Source: Candidatus Thalassarchaeaceae archaeon (GTDB lineage: Archaea > Thermoplasmatota > Poseidoniia > Poseidoniales > Thalassarchaeaceae). From it: a stretch of 48,521 nucleotides of DNA. The notes below the pieces were generated by a model, which ran no database searches, was not told where the DNA came from, and saw only the letters and a program-made list of their open reading frames with translations. The stretch spans positions 1 to 48,521 of the forward strand of contig JASLKH010000056.1 of assembly GCA_030747675.1 (NCBI GenBank), given 5' to 3'. A program made the position numbers and the translations under genes. Shown piece after piece: positions 1-8,319 of the stretch (its first letter is position 1; each line of letters starts with the position of its first letter).

Positions 1-2054
1 TCAGGTTCCTCTGGGCAAGAGCAGTTGATGGGATCTCTACTTGAGCCATCCCAACACAAATCTGTAGTACAAACAACAGGTTCAGGTTCAGGTCCAACAT
101 ATTCACCACTAACACCTCGTACAGCTAAAGAGAAACCAACCATATCACCATCGCTCCCGAGAACATCCGTGTGATTCCCCACACCAACCAATTTGGCATA
201 CACCTCAATTGTTATATTTTCAAACCCTACTAACTCAGAAGCATTAACTCTCAAATTTTCAGTCCCCTCTAAACTTTCATTTGAAGACACAACAACCCCA
301 TTAGGCAATCTTAAAATCAAATCTAAATCATCAGAAACAGAACCAAACGGTCGTTGGTTAAATGATAAAAATACATCTAAATCGTTACCTGGAACTAGTG
401 ATAAATTCCAAGAAAAAACATCACCCTGCTTGAGAAAAGGGCCTGCGGCCCCAGACCCATTCCATCGAGACCCAATCATTTGCTCAAGGGGGCGACTACC
501 ATCCCCCATCAACCATTCATTCACCAATTCCAATCGTTGAATTTCATCCATCATATAGGAGTCATGAATCCAAATGTTACGGGATGTATTATTTTGAAAG
601 TCAATTAAGTTAGCCAAATCAGGCCTCCCCCAACCCTGTAAAGAATCAGGTGCGGGACCCACATTTTCTCCCCCCTGTTGCCCCCCATACATTGATTCAG
701 AGGAAAGCGCCAACAAACTTCGAAGTAGACTTCCAGAGGGAACAAACCCCCCACTTCCATTCGTGAACCACCCATCTTGCACTGCTTGTTGGATAACTGC
801 AGTGATGGAGGCACCCAATGGTGTAGACATACTTGTGCCCGTACTTGATCTCATATCATCATTAAAAGAAGAAATATTTCCATCCGCAGCAGCAGATACA
901 ATTCCCATTGCGGGTGCGACAATAAAATTCCCCCTCAACCCTTCTTCAGAAGGACCATGTGATGAAGATGAATACAAATTTGAAGAATTATCATGCAAAG
1001 CCCCACCGACCGAAACCACGTTCCTTGCATTGGCCGGCTCGTAGAATTTAGAAGGATTGTTCCCTGGTGCAATAAACGCTAATGACCAAGGAACCTCCCG
1101 ATGCCATAAGTCAAATTCCGCACTACGCAAAGTGTAAGCCTCAGTTGCATCACCCCAACTATCTGAATGAATCACAGCCCCAACACCCAATGCTTCAGCA
1201 AGCAACCAATCTACAGTCGGCTCTGACCAACCTGACTCATTAACAACATCTTGGAACAAAACACGAGCGCCGTGTGAGGGACTGGTTCCATTTGTGATAT
1301 TTCCATCCCACATTTCACAAACCAAGGTACCTGCAATATGTGTTCCATGCCTATAATCGGCTTGTCCAGAAAGGTCACCGTCTCCAATAGAAGTGTTCAC
1401 CAAAACCACCTTTCTATGATTAATTCCAATTTCCCCAACAGTTGCCCCACTATCTCTGAAACACCCATGATCCAACTCAATTCCTGAATCAGCAACACCG
1501 ATAATAACCCCTGACCCATTCAACCCAACATCCCATGCAGGATGCCCAGTTGTAGAACCATGCTCCATTATACTGGAAGCCAACTCATTTCTTCCTGATG
1601 TTTCAAGCAAAGGCTCCACCCACCAAACTCCAGGAATTAAATCAAATATTGAAGGATCCACACCCTGTACATCGAATGATGTTGGCAAAGAACTCCCTTC
1701 ATCAGCTAATTGCAGATTTTCAAATATAAAGGAGGACAAAATATCCCATTGAATGTTTGAAGGAAGTCGCGGCTCCAACACCACCCGATAACCCTCTGCT
1801 ATTGGTCCCCGCAAAAGAACATCCTGATCTAATTGAAAATCCCCATGGGTTCCCCACACCAAAAGATCAGTCCGAGAAAGTTGCCTCAAAGGCTCTAACC
1901 CATCATTTCGTAATTCAACCCAATCTTCATAGATCCAACCATCCTGATTAACTACCACCCATTCTCCATCTCTTTCAGAGAAATTTTGGGGGACCCATTG
2001 CCCTGAAACAGGGGCTAAAAGAAGTAAAAAAAACACCACTAAACAACGGCGCAT
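1..2054 (-). CDS. Secreted subtilisin-like (S8) serine peptidase, 3' end truncated by the window edge
   Basis: Absent from the ORF track, probably because it runs off the edge. Hand translation of the minus strand gives a signal peptide MRRCLVVFFLLLLAPVSG (ATG at 2054). The catalytic motifs are in one frame: IIGVADSGI (~1500), HGTHIAGT (1349), FIAPGN oxyanion Asn (~1060) and GTSMSTP (~835). Confidence 0.92.
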   Translation of the reverse strand, partial: MRRCLVVFFLLLLAPVSGQWVPQNFSERDGEWVVVNQDGWIYEDWVELRNDGLEPLRQLSRTDLLVWGTHGDFQLDQDVLLRGPIAEGYRVVLEPRLPSNIQWDILSSFIFENLQLADEGSSLPTSFDVQGVDPSIFDLIPGVWWVEPLLETSGRNELASSIMEHGSTTGHPAWDVGLNGSGVIIGVADSGIELDHGCFRDSGATVGEIGINHRKVVLVNTSIGDGDLSGQADYRHGTHIAGTLVCEMWDGNITNGTSPSHGARVLFQDVVNESGWSEPTVDWLLAEALGVGAVIHSDSWGDATEAYTLRSAEFDLWHREVPWSLAFIAPGNNPSKFYEPANARNVVSVGGALHDNSSNLYSSSSHGPSEEGLRGNFIVAPAMGIVSAAADGNISSFNDDMRSSTGTSMSTPLGASITAVIQQAVQDGWFTNGSGGFVPSGSLLRSLLALSSESMYGGQQGGENVGPAPDSLQGWGRPDLANLIDFQNNTSRNIWIHDSYMMDEIQRLELVNEWLMGDGSRPLEQMIGSRWNGSGAAGPFLKQGDVFSWNLSLVPGNDLDVFLSFNQRPFGSVSDDLDLILRLPNGVVVSSNESLEGTENLRVNASELVGFENITIEVYAKLVGVGNHTDVLGSDGDMVGFSLAVRGVSGEYVGPEPEPVVCTTDLCWDGSSRDPINCSCPEEP

Positions 2055-2141
2055 ACCAACCGGAAATCCCCCATCCACATCAATCATCGCCCGTCGTGCA
2101 CAGACGGTGCGCTTAAACGAGAAAGGCGGGTGGCCCGCTCG

Positions 2142-2405
2142 ATGCAGGCCTTTCGAGTAACCGGGACTTTCCCAAACGGGAAGGTAAAACAGCCCTTCAC
2201 AAAAGACATAGTCGCGACCGACGATGTAGACGCACGTCACCGAATATACTCATTTTTCGGCAGCCACCACGGTATTAATCGACGTTTCGTAAACATCGAC
2301 ACATTAGCAAAGATTGAACCAACCGAATCAAAAGATCCGTATGTTATCTCTGCTTTTCGAGACACACATGACTTTTCTTCAACAACAAACACCGAAGAAG
2401 AATGA
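2142..2405 (+). CDS. rplX: 50S ribosomal protein L18Ae/LX
   Basis: MQAFRVTGTF...QPFTKDIVA...ARHRIYSFFGSHHGINRRFVNI matches the archaeal LX pattern. ATG at 2142 preferred over GTG at 2130. Confidence 0.88.
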   Translation: MQAFRVTGTFPNGKVKQPFTKDIVATDDVDARHRIYSFFGSHHGINRRFVNIDTLAKIEPTESKDPYVISAFRDTHDFSSTTNTEEE

Positions 2406-2406
2406 A

Positions 2407-3135
2407 TTACCATTCCTCCCCAAAATTAAATTTGAGATTCCCCGTTCGAATTTCAGAAGCCACTATTGAAAGTGGAGTGATTACTAACATTAGGTAAAAT
2501 GCCAAACCCCAACTCATTTCACTCATAACAATAAGAGTCCCTATACCCCAAATTATAGTGCCAAGTAGCATAGTACCCCCTCCAACACGAATCAACAGAT
2601 CAACAACATCATTTTTCTCATTAGTGAAGTGAGATTTGAAACCGAGAACAAGTGCCACCACACCAGCAACCCATCCACCCCATATCAACAACCTTGTCAC
2701 AATTGAAGCATAATAGAGGCCACACATTGAACCACCATCATCATCCCCACTATCAACTTCATCTTCGTAATCACAAAGGTCTCCAAAAGACACCGAAATC
2801 GGCCCTGCCGATAACTCACTTAGGGAGACATCTATCTCCATCATTGTACCCCAAGTTCCCCCTGCTGCAAAAATAAAAGTAAAGAAAAGAACACCAGATA
2901 GAATTACAAGAGAAACTAAATTTCGAAATTCTTCTTGCCCACCATTCACTCGAAGGCGATTGAGAAAACGTCCCCAAAGGTCACCATCATCACTTTTAGT
3001 AGAAAATTTTTCATTTACACCCACAGATAAAGCATTAATCCTAGCAATTAAATCCGATTTATTCCCTGAAACAGGCTCGCCCATTTCTCGTAACATTTGC
3101 TTTAATTCAGCAACAGTTTTTCTTTCAATATCCAT
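2407..3135 (-). CDS. SAP-domain membrane protein with four predicted TM helices (claudin/PMP22-like)
   Basis: N-terminal KTVAELKQMLREMGEPVSGNKSDLIARI is a SAP motif. Four hydrophobic segments follow, with two Cys in the first loop and a SWGLAFYL motif before the last TM. Confidence 0.7.
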   Translation of the reverse strand: MDIERKTVAELKQMLREMGEPVSGNKSDLIARINALSVGVNEKFSTKSDDGDLWGRFLNRLRVNGGQEEFRNLVSLVILSGVLFFTFIFAAGGTWGTMMEIDVSLSELSAGPISVSFGDLCDYEDEVDSGDDDGGSMCGLYYASIVTRLLIWGGWVAGVVALVLGFKSHFTNEKNDVVDLLIRVGGGTMLLGTIIWGIGTLIVMSEMSWGLAFYLMLVITPLSIVASEIRTGNLKFNFGEEW

Positions 3136-3268
3136 TCCAACACCACCTTCTCTGAAACTCTAGACTGCCCCACAGATTGGACACAATACATCCAGCATAT
3201 CAGAACTTACCTTGAACTTTTGGCCATCCATAAACCAAAAACGGCGTGAGTAGAAACCTGCATTAGAC

Positions 3269-3760
3269 TTAAGAAACACGAGTTCTAACTTTAGAAGCAA
3301 CATACCAGATTCCAATAATCCCAACGACAAGAATGGTTGCGGAACCATAACCAGGATCAGCTCCATTCCAAGAAGAAGGATCCATCAAAACCCCATCTCC
3401 TTTAGTGGAAACAGCCCAAACAAAATACGTTGAAATCGAAGTCATAAAACTAATCATAATCATGATGATAACTTTCACATGTTTAGGCAAAGATTTCCCA
3501 GTAGCATAGTAATCAAACAAAGTGTCACCAAAATATCGATTGGTCAAAGTCCATCTAAACAACCTTTCATTCGACATTGAGAATAAAAAAGCAGCTGGAA
3601 CCGCCCACGATACAGTCGGCCATCCAGGGACCCAAATGCCAATTATTGCAAAAACAACGAAAAGACAACCAAAACCGACATAGATCTTACTTTTTAGAGG
3701 GCTACTGGCCACAGAATACTGCTCGACAACCTCGTCGACAGACTGTAAACGGACACCCAT
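3269..3760 (-). CDS. YbaN/DUF454 family membrane protein
   Basis: GCLFVVFAIIGIWVPGWPTVSWAVPAAFLFSMSNERLFRWTLTNRYFG follows the DUF454 signature (G-x2-LP-x-LPT-x-PF...S-x-RL-x2-WL). Confidence 0.8.
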   Translation of the reverse strand: MGVRLQSVDEVVEQYSVASSPLKSKIYVGFGCLFVVFAIIGIWVPGWPTVSWAVPAAFLFSMSNERLFRWTLTNRYFGDTLFDYYATGKSLPKHVKVIIMIMISFMTSISTYFVWAVSTKGDGVLMDPSSWNGADPGYGSATILVVGIIGIWYVASKVRTRVS

Positions 3761-3841
3761 ATTTAATCGGTTGAAGGGGCGCCTATGAGCATACCTATTC
3801 GAGCCTAACCCTCATCAGTAAGTGACCCATGCCACAAAGAC

Positions 3842-4480
3842 ATGGGTACCCCAAAACCCCCCCGGATTGGAACCCAGGAACAACCTCTCCGCCTTGCAGT
3901 ATTCATTTCTGGATCCGGTTCTGGAATGGAAGCCCTTCTACATCACCAAAAAGCGAATGAATGCTGCCATACCACTTCACTAGTTCTCTCAAACACACCG
4001 AATATATCTGGGTTAGAGAAAGCAACGGCACACAACATATGTACTGAAGTGGTGGAAATAGACTCCAACATCCCAAACCCACAGGAACAAAGAGAGTCCC
4101 ATGAAAAAAACATCATAGACACTTTACAAAAATACAACATTGAGGCAGTGATATTATCAGGTTACATGAGAATATTATCACCATTCTTTGTTAGGAAATG
4201 GACGGGCCGCCTTTTGAACATCCACCCCTCTCTTTTACCTAAATACCCCGGTGCACATGCGCACCGCGATGCATTAGCCGATGGAGCAACAGTATCAGGG
4301 TGCACAGTCCACTTAGTCGATGAAGGAGTCGACACAGGCCAAATATTAGCTCAGAAGAAATTACAAATTGATATTTTAGAGACTGAAGAAACTCTATCTG
4401 AACGTGTTAAAAAATTGGAACACCAACTGTACCCTGAAGTCATTGATGCCTATGCAAAAGGCGAACTCTATCTAGGCTAA
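3842..4480 (+). CDS. purN: Phosphoribosylglycinamide formyltransferase
   Basis: AVFISGSGSGMEAL, LSGYMRIL, LLNIHPSLLPKYPG, GCTVHLVDEGVDTG. Confidence 0.96.
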   Translation: MGTPKPPRIGTQEQPLRLAVFISGSGSGMEALLHHQKANECCHTTSLVLSNTPNISGLEKATAHNICTEVVEIDSNIPNPQEQRESHEKNIIDTLQKYNIEAVILSGYMRILSPFFVRKWTGRLLNIHPSLLPKYPGAHAHRDALADGATVSGCTVHLVDEGVDTGQILAQKKLQIDILETEETLSERVKKLEHQLYPEVIDAYAKGELYLG

Positions 4481-5044
4481 ATCACTAGGTCGATTGATAT
4501 TTTTGAACGATAATGCCTCCAAATCCCCCATCATTATTACACGGTGCGGGACACTACACATAATATTTTGAAGTGAAGAGTTGGGTGGCCTAGATTCAAT
4601 CGCTTGCAACAATCGTTGAACATCAGTAAGAGCCAGTAAAGGCTCAAGCCGAGTTGATCGAGGGATAACTATCGGGCAATCTTTTTCTCTTTTCAATCGT
4701 TTTATAATATTGGAATCAACCCAAGGTATGTCGCACGGCGCCAATTGAATTTCATCAATTCCACGCTCCAAACACACCCTTAATGCTGACTGAAGTGCTG
4801 AAACAACCCCTCTTTCAGCACCCCTATCCAAAACAAATTCAATCTCTGTTAAATGACTCAACAACCCCCATATTTCTTGGCGTTGATACCCATTACGCAC
4901 TGCGACTATTATTGGACTACAGCCCGCCCCCCTCAATGAATGGGCAACACGCACAATCATTGGAAGTCCACCCACTATCATGGATGCCTTGTCTTGCCCC
5001 ATCCGGCTAGAAGCCCCTCCAGCCAAAATCAATGCAGGATACAT
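4472..5044 (-). CDS. mobA: Molybdenum cofactor guanylyltransferase-like NTP transferase
   Basis: LILAGGASSRMGQDKA, APCDIPW, LEPLLA, FKNINRPSDL. Confidence 0.85.
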   Translation of the reverse strand: MYPALILAGGASSRMGQDKASMIVGGLPMIVRVAHSLRGAGCSPIIVAVRNGYQRQEIWGLLSHLTEIEFVLDRGAERGVVSALQSALRVCLERGIDEIQLAPCDIPWVDSNIIKRLKREKDCPIVIPRSTRLEPLLALTDVQRLLQAIESRPPNSSLQNIMCSVPHRVIMMGDLEALSFKNINRPSDLA

Positions 5045-5052
5045 TTTGCCAC

Positions 5053-5286
5053 CTATTGCATTTTAACCAACTCATCCAAAGCCCCTTCAAGCTCTAAAAT
5101 CAGTGACTGAGCACGCCCTAACAACGCACGTTGATCTCTTCGAGAAGCAGCCACAGGCAACCATTCCATCAATTGTTTGACATCCGCAGCATCCCTTGCC
5201 ACAGTCCATTCTAGAACCCGTTCTAAAACAGGGTCATCGGCCTCAAGAAACTTTTCAACCATATCAACTCGAAACCACAGCATCAC
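5053..5286 (-). CDS. Small helical hypothetical protein
   Basis: 77-aa ORF packed between mobA and the upstream gene, with a 4-bp overlap suggesting an operon. Start uncertain. Confidence 0.6.
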   Translation of the reverse strand: MMLWFRVDMVEKFLEADDPVLERVLEWTVARDAADVKQLMEWLPVAASRRDQRALLGRAQSLILELEGALDELVKMQ

Positions 5287-5948
5287 ATGATTGCTTCGGA
5301 ACCTTCCAACAATTGCCCCCTAATTCTACCCACAAGGGAATCTTCCTCAGGACATTTAATCGTATTAAAAGCGTGAACGAGATCATTTTCAATATCCTCC
5401 CTCTGATTCCTTATCCACCAGGCGTGGTAGACAATTAATGCAAATTGGGAGTGGATCCCCCCGCTTTCACACCACTGTAAAACAACCTCAGAAGTAGGCC
5501 TCTCTCGTTTTGCACGAAACATTTCTTCAATTACTAATAACAACCCCTCCACCGCCTCAGAAGAACTCAAAACCCCATTGAATATTTCCCACGCCTTTGA
5601 ATCATCTATCGTGTGTATATTGGCGAGAATTAGTGCAAATAATGCCACATCCTCTCTACCGTGCCTTTTCCATAAATCAGAAATTAGCATTTCCAAAACA
5701 CCTTCGATTTGATTCGTGAGCAACCACGAGCAGATCCGACGTAGTATAGAATCTGGTGTGCCGAGATGGAATTGATATCTGCCAGCAATAGCAAGCCGAT
5801 CAGTATGAGATTTTAGAATTAAAGCTGGAACACCAATTGGGTAGGCCTCTCTAACCACTTTCAATAGTAATTTGGGTTTTTTATGGACATGGGCAGGTTG
5901 TACTGATAACAAATCATCAAGTGGATCAACCCCTTTGTCCATACCCAA
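5283..5948 (-). CDS. Hypothetical protein, possibly AlkD-like HEAT-repeat fold
   Basis: 221-aa ORF. HLGTPDSILRRIC...LISDLWKRHGREDVALFALIL loosely resembles the N-terminal half of DNA alkylation repair (AlkD) proteins. Weak similarity only. Confidence 0.5.
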   Translation of the reverse strand: MGMDKGVDPLDDLLSVQPAHVHKKPKLLLKVVREAYPIGVPALILKSHTDRLAIAGRYQFHLGTPDSILRRICSWLLTNQIEGVLEMLISDLWKRHGREDVALFALILANIHTIDDSKAWEIFNGVLSSSEAVEGLLLVIEEMFRAKRERPTSEVVLQWCESGGIHSQFALIVYHAWWIRNQREDIENDLVHAFNTIKCPEEDSLVGRIRGQLLEGSEAIM

Positions 5949-5998
5949 CCGAATCCCCCTGAGGTTTTGGTTCCTTCTTCCACACTACTTTACTTTCT

Positions 5999-6066
5999 GT
6001 TCATTATACGTATAAATCTGGAGAGGGAGGTCCCCCTGAAGGGGGGACTCCCTACGGATAATGAAC
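5999..6066. other. Long imperfect intergenic stem-loop
   Basis: GTTCATTAT (5999-6007) pairs with ATAATGAAC (6058-6066), CGTA pairs with TACG, and an inner GGGAG(G)TCCCCC-TGAA-GGGGGGACTCCC stem closes the structure. Confidence 0.6.
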
Positions 6067-6275
6067 ATAAAGCGAGAAATAACCTATTTATTCATGAATT
6101 TTGAATAAAAAAAAGACTTTTGAGATAAAATCTTGATTTCAGAGCCTATTACCGCCTTTTTGCACAGTTTTTCAAAAACCCCTAAAATTATCTAAAAACG
6201 AACATTTCAAGCAACTTCTACCAATGTAAGAGGATATTTAAGGAAGATTATAGAAAAATTTCTGATTCCCGAACC

Positions 6276-6350
6276 TAAAACAGTAATTATGTCTTAAAAT
6301 ATTTTTTTCCTTTTTTTCCTTTTTTCAAACTTAAAACAGTAATTACGTCT
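6276..6350 (+). repeat. 19-bp direct repeat pair flanking a T-rich tract
   Basis: TAAAACAGTAATTATGTCT (6276-6294) and TAAAACAGTAATTACGTCT (6332-6350), one mismatch, 56-bp period. Confidence 0.75.
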
Positions 6351-6372
6351 AAAGGAAATGGATATAAAACCC

Positions 6373-6894
6373 TCATCGCCCACTTTCTGGAAGTATCGAT
6401 CGGATTTTGAGGAAAAGCCCATTCACCTTTTCTAGGGCCTGATCAAATCCTTTCTCTACGAGATGGAAAACATTCTTTTCCACATGTTCTTCTAAGTTGT
6501 CAAGGAGGCTAGTTACAATTTGCTCATGCTCATCATCAGTTATTGCAAAGAAAAACCTAAGATATGCAACAACTAAGTATTCATCTTCAGAAATACTTGC
6601 ATTTAGAAAAGCAGTCTCAAAAATATCGGAATAAATACCCAAACGCTCGCTAGCATCTAATTCCCTTCCCGATATTACATCATCTCCTTTTAATATAGAA
6701 TCATAAATTTTTTTCGGCACATCATCCCCAAGATTCAACAAACCAGCTAATTTAATCACCAATCTTTTTTCTTCTCGTGTGATAACACCATCCCGCAGTA
6801 CAAGGGAAACCACGCCATGAAAGGCACCAGTATCGGTTGGAGATGCCTCAGCCACGACCCGCGAGACAACCTCATTCCTCATAGCGGTTCGCAC
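6373..6894 (-). CDS. TerB-like helical protein (two internal repeats)
   Basis: LVLRDGVITREEKRLVIKLAGLLNL and AFLNASISEDEYLVVAYLRFFFAITDDEHEQI match the TerB-like D-G-x-I-x2-EE-x2-L pattern. Confidence 0.6.
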   Translation of the reverse strand: MRTAMRNEVVSRVVAEASPTDTGAFHGVVSLVLRDGVITREEKRLVIKLAGLLNLGDDVPKKIYDSILKGDDVISGRELDASERLGIYSDIFETAFLNASISEDEYLVVAYLRFFFAITDDEHEQIVTSLLDNLEEHVEKNVFHLVEKGFDQALEKVNGLFLKIRSILPESGR

Positions 6895-6939
6895 GCTCTG
6901 GCGCGCTTACACACGTGCGCGCGCTAGAACCCCAAATTT

Positions 6940-7099
6940 AGCCACAGCCTTCATGTAGGCGACCATTGTCGGCGGAACTGCAGGAATCTCCTGTCACGCT
7001 CCAGGGCGCTTGCGCCCATCCCGTGAACCGCATGGTGAACCCCCCCTCAAAGGCGAGGCGAATGCGAGAAGAAACCTGCGAAAGCAAGGAAGTGAAAAA
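6940..7099 (+). promoter_or_regulatory. Candidate structured 5' leader or ncRNA upstream of dnaG
   Basis: GC-rich spacer with serial hairpins, a three-way-junction-like element at 7029-7066, and a GAAA-tetraloop hairpin at 7075-7089 overlapping the SD-like GGAAGTGA (7088-7095). Confidence 0.45.
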
Positions 7100-8266
7100 A
7101 TGAGTGAACATAAATCAAAATATATGATCCACGCTAAAATAAAAGCGGAAGGAACAATTCAAAGAAAGGACGTAGTCGGTGCCATTTTTGGTCAGACAGA
7201 AGGCCTCTTAGGAGAAGAACTGCAACTACGGAAACTGCAAAGAACGGGTCGAATAGGACATGTAGATGTAAATTTACAATCCAATAAAGGAAAAGTATCA
7301 GGTGAAATATTACTACCATCAAGCTTGGACCAAGTGTCTACCGCAGTTATTGGTGCAGCACTTGAGACCATTGACAGAATTGGACCATGTAAAGCAAAGA
7401 TTTCGGTGAGCCGAATAGAAAACGTACATAGCGTAAAGCGAGACACAGTTATTGACCGAGCTAAGGATCTACTACTCAACATTGTAAATCAAGGTTCAGA
7501 GGATAGTAAAAGTATTCTTGACGAAGTACGCAGTGTACTTACATCAGGTACAGAAACAGCACATGCAGGCATGACTTGTGGGCCAAACGCCCTAAAGGCC
7601 GACGCGTTGATTATTGTAGAAGGCCGTAATGATGTTAAAAATCTCCTAAAATATGGAATTAAAAATGCAATAGCCACAATGGGTGCTAATGTTAAAGATG
7701 AATTGATTGAATTAGCGAAATCAAAAACATCAGTAACAGCATTTTGTGATGGAGACAGGGGCGGTAAGTTGCTATTAATGGAAATATCAGGAGCCCTCGG
7801 TAAATCTCTAACCCATGTAGCATTAGCACCAGAATCACGAGAAGTCGAACATCTTGAAGGTAAAGTGATTACAAAATGCTTGGGCCAGAAAGAAGCCGCA
7901 ACAAAGGCCATGTCTAAGATTCGAAAAATCATGGAATCAGATGATGAATTAGTCGCTGGTGCAAAAAACGGAGCGAGAGAAGTTCCGGAAAATATACAGG
8001 GCTGGGCATCCCACATGGCTGATCTGAAGAAAAATCACGCATTACTAATTCTTGAAGATGGAACCCCAAGTGAACCAATTGCAGCAAGCAAACTGGCAAA
8101 ATATGCAGAAGACGTTGAAGGCGCCCAATGCCTTATTTTCAATGCAAAAGTATCGACCCGCATCATGGAAATTGCAGAGATGGGAGCAATACCAAATGTG
8201 CTAGGGAGCACAGTTGATGCACAGGCAGAAGGTATTGAGACATATTCAATGGCCGAAATTGAATGA
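7100..8266 (+). CDS. dnaG: Archaeal DnaG (TOPRIM primase-like protein, exosome-associated)
   Basis: KYMIHAKIKAEGTIQRKDVVGAIFGQTEGLLGEELQLRKLQRTGRIG, IIVEGRNDV, FCDGDRGG. ATG at 7100 follows the SD-like GGAAGTGA. Confidence 0.95.
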   Translation: MSEHKSKYMIHAKIKAEGTIQRKDVVGAIFGQTEGLLGEELQLRKLQRTGRIGHVDVNLQSNKGKVSGEILLPSSLDQVSTAVIGAALETIDRIGPCKAKISVSRIENVHSVKRDTVIDRAKDLLLNIVNQGSEDSKSILDEVRSVLTSGTETAHAGMTCGPNALKADALIIVEGRNDVKNLLKYGIKNAIATMGANVKDELIELAKSKTSVTAFCDGDRGGKLLLMEISGALGKSLTHVALAPESREVEHLEGKVITKCLGQKEAATKAMSKIRKIMESDDELVAGAKNGAREVPENIQGWASHMADLKKNHALLILEDGTPSEPIAASKLAKYAEDVEGAQCLIFNAKVSTRIMEIAEMGAIPNVLGSTVDAQAEGIETYSMAEIE

Positions 8267-8319
8267 TTTTGAAATCACCATAAGGGTAATCAAAAAACCC
8301 CCCTGCCTCTGCGCAGAGT

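Noticed and set aside
193-1951. Short plus-strand ORFs (193-540, 763-1044, 1757-1951)
   Set aside because: They lie antisense to the S8 peptidase, which has a complete catalytic triad.
3160-3366. 68-aa ORF ending in a CPIC motif
   Set aside because: It overlaps the DUF454 gene in another frame, has only half a zinc-ribbon motif, and has no clear RBS.
5950-6372. Canonical archaeal replication origin
   Set aside because: No ORB-like (GTTCCAGTGGAAAC-type) boxes were recognised and no cdc6/orc1 gene is adjacent. The repeats are reported separately without that label.
6895-7099. RNase P RNA or SRP RNA
   Set aside because: I could not find the RNase P GAGGAAAGUCC-type or SRP helix-8 motifs on either strand, and the region is short for either RNA.
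7010-7099. N-terminal extension of DnaG predicted by the ORF track
   Set aside because: It uses a TTG start inside a hairpin, whereas the family-like sequence and an SD-like site point to the ATG at 7100.
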